Positions 55,278 through 64,000 of a stretch of 64,000 nt of DNA are shown here, one piece after another; the first letter of the stretch is position 1, and every line of letters starts with the position of its first letter. Source of the stretch: a virus (taxonomy: Duplodnaviria; Caudoviricetes); the IMG/VR virus record IMGVR_UViG_3300024229_000651; one strand, 5' to 3'. Made by a program: the position numbers and the translations under genes. The notes under the pieces are model-generated. The model worked only from the letters and a program-made list of their open reading frames with translations. It ran no database searches and had not been told where the DNA came from.

Positions 55278-58200
55278 TTACATTAAGTTAACAAGAACTT
55301 CAATAACACCTTCGCCGTCTTCGTTAGAACCAATTGCTTTACCAATTATTCTACCTGGACCTGCTTCGTTATCAGCCATTGCATGGCCTTTGTGTCCTGA
55401 AGCTACCATCAAATCGCCCTTCTGTACAGGACCTAGTACCTTACATGGTACTCGTCCAGTTAATGCAACATATTGGCCTTCGCCTGCTGCATTCATCATA
55501 TAAGCTGGATCTGTTGATATAACACCTGCTACTCTGTGGTCTGAAGCGTGTGCACATGCTGTAACTTCAGCATCGCCACCAAAGCAAACTACTGTGCCTG
55601 CTTCTAGTTCTTCATCAGTTGCATATTTCTCTGCCAAGTCAGCGTATGTTGCTGATGTTGCTTGACCTTGGAATGTTGTTGCGTATACGTTTGCATACTT
55701 CAACGAAGAACTTCCCAAGTTAAGTGAGTTATTTGCATTTGGAGTGATTGAGCCACTGTGGGTATCGTTAGCATCGCTTCTTAAGAAAGAGCTACTATTA
55801 ATACCGTCTAATGTGTCAGCATCTACATTCAGTGCGTCTACATAGCCATTCGTTACACGAGCGTCAATTGCAGCATTAACTCTTGCAGTAGTGTAGTACA
55901 AATTAGAACCTTCGCCGAGGTTACTAGTACTCTTACTAGCAAATCCTGCTGTAACTCTGGCATCTGCTCTTGCATTTGTGTAATACAAGTTTGTTGAACC
56001 TTCGCCTAAATTGTCACTGTTAAAGTCTGACATGTCAACTGCGATGCTGTCTGCCGCTACATTAATACCTGTGCCAGCACCAATGTTAAGAGTAAACGCA
56101 GCTGCGCCACTGCTAGTGCTGCCACCGCCAGTTAAACCAGCGCCTGCTGTAACACTAACACTCTCAATATCACCTGCGTCATTAGTGAAACTAATTACAC
56201 CAGTTGTGCTGTTGTATGATATATCACCACTTGCACTAATTAAGCCTCTAACATATGAGTCATCAACTGCTACTGCATCTGCAGCAACACTAATACCGTT
56301 GCCTGCGCCTACGTTAACTGTAACTGCGCCAGATGCGCCGCCACCTGTTAAACCAGCACCTGCTGTAACACTTTCAATGTCACCTGCGTCATTAGTGAAA
56401 CTAAACACGCCGTCAGCATATGATAAGTCACCACTTGCACTAAATAGTCCTTTAATATAAGTAGCATCAACTGCTAATGAAACTGCGCCGCTTGTGCCGC
56501 CACCAGTCAAACCAGTACTAGCCGTAACACTCTCAATATCACCTGCGTCATTAGTGAAACTAATTACACCAGTTGTGCTGTTGTATGATATATCACCACT
56601 TGCACTAATTAAGCCACGTACTTCTGCATCTGTACGCTCTGTGAAACTTAGAGCGCCTGTTGAGCTGTTATATGCTAAATCGCCAGTTGCGCTAATTGCT
56701 GATCTTGCTCTTGCAGTTGTGTGGTACAAGTTTGTACCTTCAGCAAGGTCATCTGTTGATGACGCTGCAAGTACAGCTTCTGCTCTTGCATCTGCTCTTG
56801 CAACAGTAAAGTATTGGTTAGTTGAACCTTCGCTTAAATCATCTGTATCAGCCGCTGCAATTCTAGCATCTGCTCTTGCATTTGTGTAATACAAGTTTGT
56901 TGAACCTTCAGCTAAATCATCTGCATCAAAGTCACTCATGTCAACTGCTACTGCGTCAGCTGAAACAGTAATACCTGTGCCGCCTACAACGTTTAATGTA
57001 ACATCGCCTGTAATGCCGCCGCCAGTTAAGCCAGCGCCTGCTACAACACTTTCAATGTCACCTGCGTCATTAGTGAAACTAATTACACCAGTTGTGCTGT
57101 TGTATGACAAGTCGCCGCCTGCACTAATTAAGCCACGTACTTCTGCATCTGTGCGCTCTGTGAAACTCATAACACCTGATGAGGCGTTGAAAGATAAATC
57201 ACCGTCTGCGCTAATTGCTGCTCTTGCTCTTGCATCTGTAAAGTATAAGCTACTTGAACCTTCGCTTAGACCATCAGTATCTTCTGCAAGACTAATGTAA
57301 TTTACGCCGTTGTTAGTAAACTGCCACTGGTCTGATGTTTCGCTATACTTAAAGAAAACATCTGCAGAATCGCCTCTGTCTACCTGGATACCACTATCTT
57401 GTGTTGGTGAGCCAGTAGTACCGTAGTTCAAAGTAATGATGTTATCTTCTAAGAACAATGTTTCAGTGTTAACTGTAACTGTTGTGCCGCTAACTGTTAA
57501 GTTACCTGAGATTGTTACATCATCGTTAAACGTCTTTTCGCCGCCAATTGCTTCATTGCCAGATGTTCTAACAACTGTGCCGTCAACACTGACTGTGCCG
57601 CCTGCATAGTTAACACCATCGCCGCCAGTCACGTGACCGTCAATTGCGGATTCTGCTCTTGCAACAGTAAAGTATTCATTAGTCGAACCTTCTGCAAGAT
57701 TATCTGTATCAAACGGTGCTAATGTAGAAGTAATTACGCCTGATGAGAACCCAATACCTGTGCCGCCACTAACATAATCTTCAATAGATGCGTTAGCTCG
57801 TGCATTAGTATAATATAAGCTAGATGGGCCTTCTGCAAGGTTATCTGTTGTGTTGTTACCTATTGCAATGTTTGCATCAGCTTGTGCTCTAGTATCAGTG
57901 TAATACAAGTTGCTTGAACCTTCTTCAAAATCATCTGATACTAAACTATCAACATATGATTTATTTGCTGCGTCACCGTCGTCAACAGGAGTATCGAGGT
58001 TATTGATGTGATTGCTGTTCATGTTGACATTTGAACCTAACTTCAAACCGCCTGCACTACTTAAAATCTTTCCTGCGCTTACTGCTATGTCTGACTTCAA
58101 TTGGATTGATCCGCCTGACGTCAATTCTAAATCACCTGAACCAGTAGTTAAAATACTAATGTTCTGGTTATTGTCTGCGCTAAATTGGATTGTTCCTGAA

Positions 58201-58589
58201 TTATCTTCAAGTACTTTTTGTCCGTTTACGTATAAAGATCCAGGACCTACATATACGTCTTTCCATACCTTGGTCGGTGAACCTAGGCTGAAAACATTGT
58301 CTGCTGAAGGTATAAGGTTACCTTGCATATTTTCATAATCTAAAGCTAGTGTTGCTGAACCGCTGACGCTTCCGCCAGAAAGACCGGAGCCTGCAACAAC
58401 ATCAGTGATATCACCTGTTGCAGCTGCTACTACTTCGCTATATTTTGCAAGTCTATGTCCGCCTTGCGTGGATCCGTCGTGAACGACGACTGTATCTAAA
58501 TCTGTATCGACGGTGATCTCACCTACCAAACCCGTAAAATTTGCGTGTTGGTTGGTGGTACCTCGTCTCCATTGGATTGCTGTGGCCAT
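55278..58589 (-). CDS. Long tail fibre/appendage 1 (1103 aa)
   Basis: N-terminal QWRRGT...GEITVDTD...VVHDG adaptor; repeats TDDLxEGSxNLYYTxARA and GDIESVTAGAGLTGGG; C-terminal ADLAEKY...VAGVIST.PAY chaperone-like domain. Confidence 0.85.
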   Translation of the reverse strand: MATAIQWRRGTTNQHANFTGLVGEITVDTDLDTVVVHDGSTQGGHRLAKYSEVVAAATGDITDVVAGSGLSGGSVSGSATLALDYENMQGNLIPSADNVFSLGSPTKVWKDVYVGPGSLYVNGQKVLEDNSGTIQFSADNNQNISILTTGSGDLELTSGGSIQLKSDIAVSAGKILSSAGGLKLGSNVNMNSNHINNLDTPVDDGDAANKSYVDSLVSDDFEEGSSNLYYTDTRAQADANIAIGNNTTDNLAEGPSSLYYTNARANASIEDYVSGGTGIGFSSGVITSTLAPFDTDNLAEGSTNEYFTVARAESAIDGHVTGGDGVNYAGGTVSVDGTVVRTSGNEAIGGEKTFNDDVTISGNLTVSGTTVTVNTETLFLEDNIITLNYGTTGSPTQDSGIQVDRGDSADVFFKYSETSDQWQFTNNGVNYISLAEDTDGLSEGSSSLYFTDARARAAISADGDLSFNASSGVMSFTERTDAEVRGLISAGGDLSYNSTTGVISFTNDAGDIESVVAGAGLTGGGITGDVTLNVVGGTGITVSADAVAVDMSDFDADDLAEGSTNLYYTNARADARIAAADTDDLSEGSTNQYFTVARADARAEAVLAASSTDDLAEGTNLYHTTARARSAISATGDLAYNSSTGALSFTERTDAEVRGLISASGDISYNSTTGVISFTNDAGDIESVTASTGLTGGGTSGAVSLAVDATYIKGLFSASGDLSYADGVFSFTNDAGDIESVTAGAGLTGGGASGAVTVNVGAGNGISVAADAVAVDDSYVRGLISASGDISYNSTTGVISFTNDAGDIESVSVTAGAGLTGGGSTSSGAAAFTLNIGAGTGINVAADSIAVDMSDFNSDNLGEGSTNLYYTNARADARVTAGFASKSTSNLGEGSNLYYTTARVNAAIDARVTNGYVDALNVDADTLDGINSSSFLRSDANDTHSGSITPNANNSLNLGSSSLKYANVYATTFQGQATSATYADLAEKYATDEELEAGTVVCFGGDAEVTACAHASDHRVAGVISTDPAYMMNAAGEGQYVALTGRVPCKVLGPVQKGDLMVASGHKGHAMADNEAGPGRIIGKAIGSNEDGEGVIEVLVNLM
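56156..56615. repeat. Perfect 91-nt direct repeat (56156-56246, 56525-56615) within fibre 1, plus partial copies near 56361 and 57045
   Basis: Direct comparison of TAACACTCTCAATATC...CTAATTAAGCC. Confidence 0.85.
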
Positions 58590-58695
58590 TTTTATATTCC
58601 TATTATGTCTACGTTATATAATGTAGTCTATGCACACGTCTGTTACATAGTCATCTAGGTTACCCTAAATACATTTTGCGGGCTCGTAAAGAGCT

Positions 58696-58720
58696 GCAAT
58701 ACGAGTATTTATCGTATTGC
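58696..58720 (-). promoter_or_regulatory. Late-promoter motif embedded in a 9-bp inverted repeat
   Basis: GCAATACGA-TAAATAC-TCGTATTGC on minus; GATAAATA at 58706-58713. Confidence 0.6.
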
Positions 58721-58736
58721 TTACCAATATGCTAGG

Positions 58737-61700
58737 TTATACTACTATTTCGACAATGCCTGGACCGTCAGTGTCTTTGCTCTGAAGAGATTTTCCAACT
58801 ATACATGCCGCGCCTACAAAATGAGGCTGTGTACTTGATTGCGCATAGCCAGGTGTACTACTTGTTACTAGCACATCACCTTTTTTGACTTTGCCTATCA
58901 CCTTACATGGTACTCGTCCACGTAGTGCAACATATATACCATCTGCATCTGCATTCATCATATATGCTGGATTTGTTGATATAACACCTGCTACTTTAGC
59001 GGATTCAGGACCTTGTGTTACTGTTATTTCTTTTTCGCCGCCAAATATAACTACTGTACCAGGCTCGTAGTCTGCATCAGCTTCATATTTCTCCGCTAAG
59101 TCAGCGTATCTCGCACTTGATGCAACTCCGTCAAACGAGTTTGCTGTGATTACATTTGCAGAGAAGTTTCCTGAGGCATCTCTAACTACTGCCCTACTAG
59201 CAGTGTTAGTAGTATCAAATGTGTCCGAGTCAGTTAGATCTACTGATATACTGCCTCCTGAAAACGAGATGCCGTCGCCGCCTGAAATAGCACTTCTGAC
59301 ATCTGTTGCACTAGGGCCTGTATAGCTAATGACACCAGTGCCGCTACTATAGCTCATTGATCCTAGGCCGCCGGCGTCACTTACGCTAATTGAAGATCTT
59401 GCATCTGCTGTCTTGAATGTTGTAACACTAAATATACCAGAAGCACTGTTATATGTTAAGTCACCTGCTGCGCTGAATAAATTTCGTACATCACTAGAGT
59501 TTACACCGTTAAACGTGAAGCCTCCAGACGTTGCATCGTATGTAAGAGAACCATGATCTCCGGTGCTTGTTGCACTAATCAGTCCGCGGACATCTGAGTT
59601 AGACAATTCGATGCTGTTACCGAGTACATCAATACCGTAGCCTCCAGCAATGTCCAATTTCACAGTTCCAGTTGTGCCGCCGCCAACTAAGCCGTTGCCA
59701 GCTGTGACACCAGTAATATCACCTGGGCCTCTAGTATAACTAATAACACCTGTCGAACTGTTATAGTTTAAGTCGCCGCTTGCACTAATTAGTCCTCTAA
59801 CTTCTGCATCTGTTCTTTCAGTGAAGCTCATTACGCCAGTAGTACTGTTATATGCTAAGTCACCACTTGCACTAATTGCTGCTCTTGCTCTAGCATCGGT
59901 ATAATATAAATTTGTGCCTTCACTTAAATCATCTGTATCTTTACTGCTTAAATCTAGCGATCCACCAACTACGCCAAGTACCGCATTATCAACGTATGCT
60001 TTTGTTGATTCTGCTGATGGTATGTTAGTTGCGGTTGCTCCAGTAAATGTATCTGAATCTAGTATTACATTTGAAATTCTAGAATCTGCTCTAGCATCTG
60101 CTCTAGCATCGGTATAATATAAATTTGTGCCTTCTGTTAAATCTGTAGTAGTAGCAGCTGCAATTCTAGCATCTGCTCTTGCATCAGTATAGTACTGGTT
60201 ACTCGAACCTTCAGCTAAATCATCACTGTCAAATGCACCCATGTTAACTGCAATATCATCTGTGTTTACATGGATGCCTGTGCCGGCGCCTATACTTACT
60301 GTTACATCGCCAGTGCTTCCGCCGCCAGTTAAACCATCTCCAGCATTAACTCCTGTGATATCGCCTGATAAATCTGCATCAATAGTTAATGTATTTGCTC
60401 CGTCGTTGTATGTGATCGACACATTGTCGCCAGCGACTAACAAACTGTTTACCCTATCATCAACAGCTTCAGACATGTCTGTAACCTGGCTTGCTACTAT
60501 TGCAATAGGTTGAGTGTTTGCGTTTGTTATTTGTCCTTGTCCATTAACTGTAAATCTAGGTATAGTTGCTGCATTCGTTCCGTAACTAGCCGCTGCAACA
60601 CCTGTTAAGCTAATTCTTACTTGGTCTGAAACAACTTCTAATCCTGTGCCTGTATTTACAGCTAAAGAAACTGCGCCGCTTGTGCCACCACCTGTTAAAC
60701 CAGCGCCTGCTGTAACTTCAGTAATGTCGCCTGGGCCTCTGCTATAACTAATAACGCCTGTTGCACTATCGTAACTTAAATCGCCGCTTGCACTGATCGC
60801 ATTACGTGCTCTAGCATCTGTATAATACAAGCTAGTGCCTTCTGAAATATCACTAGTTGATGTAGGCACAGTAATAACACCAGTAGTACTGTTAAATGCC
60901 AATGCGCCTGATATGACACTTATATTAGACAGTGCTGTATCTTTGACGTGATCTGAATCAACAGTGTATGTTAGTATATTTGCGGAATCTTTAGTGATTT
61001 CCATACCGGTGCCAGCTGATACTTGTGTCAAGTAATATGTGCTACCTACTACTGTTGCAGATGAATGATCTCCTGCTCCGTTACCTAAATCAATTGTAGC
61101 GTTTGAACTTTTTTGTACTAGATCAGTTATGCCGTCTGCTTCGATTGCTTTAAACACATTATTTACTGAATCAAAGAAAATAGTACCGTTAACTATTAAA
61201 TCACCAGGAAGATGTCTATCGCCTAAAGTAATTGCACCGTCTACTGTCATTCTTTCCAAAGGTCGTGGACCTGTAGTATATGTCGAACCTGTGCTTCGAT
61301 CAAGTACTGTAGTATAGTTGGCGATGTTTTCTATGTCGCCAACCCAGAACGTACTTGATCCCAGGTCTAAAACATGCGATCTAGGTACACCAAGTTCTAC
61401 ATTACTATATGCAACTACAGAATTCATTGTGCCGTTTGTGTCAGCACCCGTATAAATTTCCCTAGTATCTACTGCTCCTTCGGAAATAAATATGTTTGAT
61501 CCGAATATTGTCAACGTTGATTCTGAATTTGGACCTGCTACTTGACCAATAGCATCTTTATAGAATACTGTAGGTACGTTTGTAAGAAAATTCTGTCCTG
61601 TAATATTATTATTTTTTGCATGAATGATATTGCCCAACGAAGTTAGTGTAGCTACGCCGCTTCTTTCCGGTGGTGTATTAGGATCAATGGACTTGCCAGG

Positions 61701-63998
61701 TATCATCAATAAGGAACCTGACATAGTGAGGTTACCTGCTCTCAACTGATCTGCTGCTGTTGGGTTAGATTGTCCTATATTTTGTACGCCCTGGTGCAAT
61801 ACAGCATATGGTCCGATATATTTTTCTGTATTAATAAATAGATTTTGGACATCGTCTAGATTATCGAAACTTACTGAATTATTTGCAGTGGCAGGATTAG
61901 CTAAATTAGTAGTATCCGTTGCAGCAACAATTAAACCATTTGCTAACTTTGTGCTTAATAGGAATGAATACGATGCTCCAATCTTAAACGACTTAGCTAC
62001 CTTTTCAGTGTCGGTATACGTTTTTAATTCTGCATTTGCATTATCAACATAAGTTTGCATGTCGACATTTGATGCATCTATATAAGCCTTGTTTGCTGCA
62101 TCTGTGCTTTGTACAGGAGGTTGCAAATTATTAATATAATTTGTGCCTAAATCTAAGTTGCCCGACATGGAAATATTGCCAGTACTAGAAATTCTATCAT
62201 TTCCTACTGTAACAACATTAGATTCTGCCGCTGCAATTGATGCAACAAGTGAGTTGGATAACGTAGAATTATTGTTCAGAGAGTCAGATATTTCTCTTAA
62301 TGTATCTAATGCTTGTGGGGCGCCGCCGATCAGATCGCCTATCGCAGTTGTGACGTATTCTGTTGTTGCGACTTTTGCGCTGTTGTCTACATTTGCTTGG
62401 GTTGTAGCTGTTACAATTGTGCTTGTTAGATCGAGGTTGCCAACAAATGCATAATCATTTGTCAATGTAGCAGGAGTATCAGTTCTTACTAATCGAGGAT
62501 CAATTACTGTAGCTGAACTTAAATCTACATTCGCTGTAAAAATATTGTCTGCACTGAACGTTTGATCAGTATCAAGTAATGCAACGTTTGCAGGTGTTTG
62601 GAATGTAGACCCGCTTAAATTAACATTGCCAGTAAATGTATAATCACCTGCTAATGTAGCGTCTCTATCATTTGCAATTACATTAGATGTTATGTCTAAA
62701 ACACCATTAGCTTCTGTAACATATACACCGTCAGTGATATAACTGCTTATGTTTGCGTTAAAATCTGTGATTTGATTGCTAGTTATTGCTATTGCATTTG
62801 TAGTTGCTGATGTCAGTTGTCCTTGATCATTAACTACAAATTCTGTAACTTCGCTTACATTAGAATTATAAGTTCCTGCAGAAATAGTAGTATTGCTTAT
62901 ACTTACAACACCTGTTGCAGAATCATAATCTATTCCTGTAGAATTACTAATATTTGATCTAACTGCTGTTACAAAATCATTAACTTGTCCTGATATAATA
63001 TCTATAGAAACATTTGCGGCTTGTGTTATACGACCTTTTTCGTCAACACTAAACTGTGCTAATTGATCTGCTACTCCGTAACTTCTTGCTGTAACGCCTG
63101 AGTCGCTTAAATCCAAACTTATGTCGGATCCTTCAGCTGATGTATTACTGTTTGTTACAAGTACGTTAGCAGTATCCGACATTGTGGATACATAATCGCC
63201 AGTGGTATCATCACTAAGAGCAACGTTATCAGGCGTGACTGTTGTATTTAAATCTACAGAGAGATTCTGTGATCCGTCTATTCCGACAAATGTTGCGCTA
63301 CCCGCAACATCACCGATTAAATTAAGTGTTAAGTTTCTAGGTGTATTCCAGATATCTGCTGTTGATGCTGTTCCAAAATAGTTTGCTTCAGTTAATGTAT
63401 TGCCGCCGCCAAAACGTACTATAGTAGAATTACTTAAAGTTAAATCACCTACAATACTAGCATTATTGTTTACAGTTAGTTCACCGGAGAACGTGCCTGT
63501 GCCGATAACATCTACATCACCTGTGATGTCTACTACTCCAACAACTGCTGTGTTAGTTAATGAAGTGTTTCCGATAACGTCTAATGTGCCGCCAACGTCT
63601 AATGTGCCGCCGATGTCTGTAGCACCGGTAATATCTGCAGTTCCGCCTACTGTGATGTTGTTGGAAACATTTACGATCTGTGCGTTAAAATTAATATTTG
63701 CTGTTGTGCCAACATAACCAACTGTTAATGTGTTTTCATTGTATTCTAATTGAACATTACTTACGTCTGAATTAAGTTGGAAGTATGCAAGGGAAGAGTC
63801 GCTGTCTGCGTTAAGTATATATCCGTCAAAATTGTTAACAGTTTCTACAACATTAATTGTTGTATTGCTAAATGTAATCTCACCTTTAGCAATTAAATTT
63901 CCGTCTATGGTTACATCGCCTGCAAAAGTAGTTAAGTCAGTACTTTCTACTGCTAGTGTTCCGCCTACAACTAAATCGCCTCTAATATCTGTGCTTCC
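58737..63998 (-). CDS. Very long tail fibre/appendage 2 (>1750 aa, 5' truncated by window end)
   Basis: Frame stays open from the window end (GSTDIRGDLVVGG...) into the track ORF at 63182; same repeat families and ADLAEKY C-terminal domain as fibre 1. Confidence 0.85.
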   Translation of the reverse strand, partial: GSTDIRGDLVVGGTLAVESTDLTTFAGDVTIDGNLIAKGEITFSNTTINVVETVNNFDGYILNADSDSSLAYFQLNSDVSNVQLEYNENTLTVGYVGTTANINFNAQIVNVSNNITVGGTADITGATDIGGTLDVGGTLDVIGNTSLTNTAVVGVVDITGDVDVIGTGTFSGELTVNNNASIVGDLTLSNSTIVRFGGGNTLTEANYFGTASTADIWNTPRNLTLNLIGDVAGSATFVGIDGSQNLSVDLNTTVTPDNVALSDDTTGDYVSTMSDTANVLVTNSNTSAEGSDISLDLSDSGVTARSYGVADQLAQFSVDEKGRITQAANVSIDIISGQVNDFVTAVRSNISNSTGIDYDSATGVVSISNTTISAGTYNSNVSEVTEFVVNDQGQLTSATTNAIAITSNQITDFNANISSYITDGVYVTEANGVLDITSNVIANDRDATLAGDYTFTGNVNLSGSTFQTPANVALLDTDQTFSADNIFTANVDLSSATVIDPRLVRTDTPATLTNDYAFVGNLDLTSTIVTATTQANVDNSAKVATTEYVTTAIGDLIGGAPQALDTLREISDSLNNNSTLSNSLVASIAAAESNVVTVGNDRISSTGNISMSGNLDLGTNYINNLQPPVQSTDAANKAYIDASNVDMQTYVDNANAELKTYTDTEKVAKSFKIGASYSFLLSTKLANGLIVAATDTTNLANPATANNSVSFDNLDDVQNLFINTEKYIGPYAVLHQGVQNIGQSNPTAADQLRAGNLTMSGSLLMIPGKSIDPNTPPERSGVATLTSLGNIIHAKNNNITGQNFLTNVPTVFYKDAIGQVAGPNSESTLTIFGSNIFISEGAVDTREIYTGADTNGTMNSVVAYSNVELGVPRSHVLDLGSSTFWVGDIENIANYTTVLDRSTGSTYTTGPRPLERMTVDGAITLGDRHLPGDLIVNGTIFFDSVNNVFKAIEADGITDLVQKSSNATIDLGNGAGDHSSATVVGSTYYLTQVSAGTGMEITKDSANILTYTVDSDHVKDTALSNISVISGALAFNSTTGVITVPTSTSDISEGTSLYYTDARARNAISASGDLSYDSATGVISYSRGPGDITEVTAGAGLTGGGTSGAVSLAVNTGTGLEVVSDQVRISLTGVAAASYGTNAATIPRFTVNGQGQITNANTQPIAIVASQVTDMSEAVDDRVNSLLVAGDNVSITYNDGANTLTIDADLSGDITGVNAGDGLTGGGSTGDVTVSIGAGTGIHVNTDDIAVNMGAFDSDDLAEGSSNQYYTDARADARIAAATTTDLTEGTNLYYTDARADARADSRISNVILDSDTFTGATATNIPSAESTKAYVDNAVLGVVGGSLDLSSKDTDDLSEGTNLYYTDARARAAISASGDLAYNSTTGVMSFTERTDAEVRGLISASGDLNYNSSTGVISYTRGPGDITGVTAGNGLVGGGTTGTVKLDIAGGYGIDVLGNSIELSNSDVRGLISATSTGDHGSLTYDATSGGFTFNGVNSSDVRNLFSAAGDLTYNSASGIFSVTTFKTADARSSISVSDAGGLGSMSYSSGTGVISYTGPSATDVRSAISGGDGISFSGGSISVDLTDSDTFDTTNTASRAVVRDASGNFSANVITANSFDGVASSARYADLAEKYEADADYEPGTVVIFGGEKEITVTQGPESAKVAGVISTNPAYMMNADADGIYVALRGRVPCKVIGKVKKGDVLVTSSTPGYAQSSTQPHFVGAACIVGKSLQSKDTDGPGIVEIVV

Positions 63999-64000
63999 AA

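Noticed and set aside
55278-58589. Diversity-generating retroelement suggested by the Mtd-like N-terminal adaptor
   Set aside because: No reverse transcriptase and no TR/VR pair differing only at adenines in the window
58620-58700. c-di-GMP-I riboswitch in the fibre leader (CGCAAA, GNRA loop)
   Set aside because: The conserved GEMM core (GGCAAAC...GAAA...GACGCAAAGC) is not matched; kept only as a generic structured leader
55900-60900. Recurrent DNA repeats as a possible CRISPR array
   Set aside because: Repeats are in-frame protein modules with irregular spacing; no cas genes or unique spacers
56011-63717. Many plus-strand Ser/Pro/Val/Ala-rich ORFs over the fibres (similar ones over the sheath)
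   Set aside because: Reverse-frame products of repetitive Gly/Asp/Thr coding sequence
1-64000. Alternative genetic code (stop-codon reassignment)
   Set aside because: Core genes are full length in code 11 and TAG, TGA and TAA all act as stops; no suppressor tRNA

Overview
The whole window is part of a large lytic myovirus genome of the T4-like superfamily. The dispersed gene order and 928-aa sheath suggest a jumbo phage, and the accessory genes suggest an aquatic proteobacterial host; both are inferences. It reads in genetic code 11 and is mostly on the minus strand. Core genes include gp41 helicase, gp61 primase, UvsW/X/Y, gp32, terminase, gp4, tube, sheath, neck gp13/14/15, dNMP kinase, ThyX, three tRNAs (Ser-GCT, Gly-GCC, Ala-TGC) and two giant repetitive fibres. 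The main finding is an 11-kb block (43.9-55.1 kb) in which every apparent transcription unit has a late-promoter motif. It encodes two small membrane proteins, CsgF, CsgG, two curlin-like beta-solenoids, a FecR protein, two cytochrome-c-fused copper monooxygenases and a CHASE2 adenylate cyclase, and may be a phage trans-envelope secretion/signalling system. Other highlights are a 191-aa minimal DnaE-like polymerase core, a late-promoter motif ((G/C/A/T)ATAAATA) repeatedly placed exactly 5 nt before ATG (implying leaderless late mRNAs), an intergenic H-type pseudoknot next to a TonB-dependent receptor gene, and three divergent HxE 2OG-Fe(II)-like paralogs near FabZ and ferredoxin-NADP reductase. 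All family calls come from motif recognition by eye; no database searches were run.
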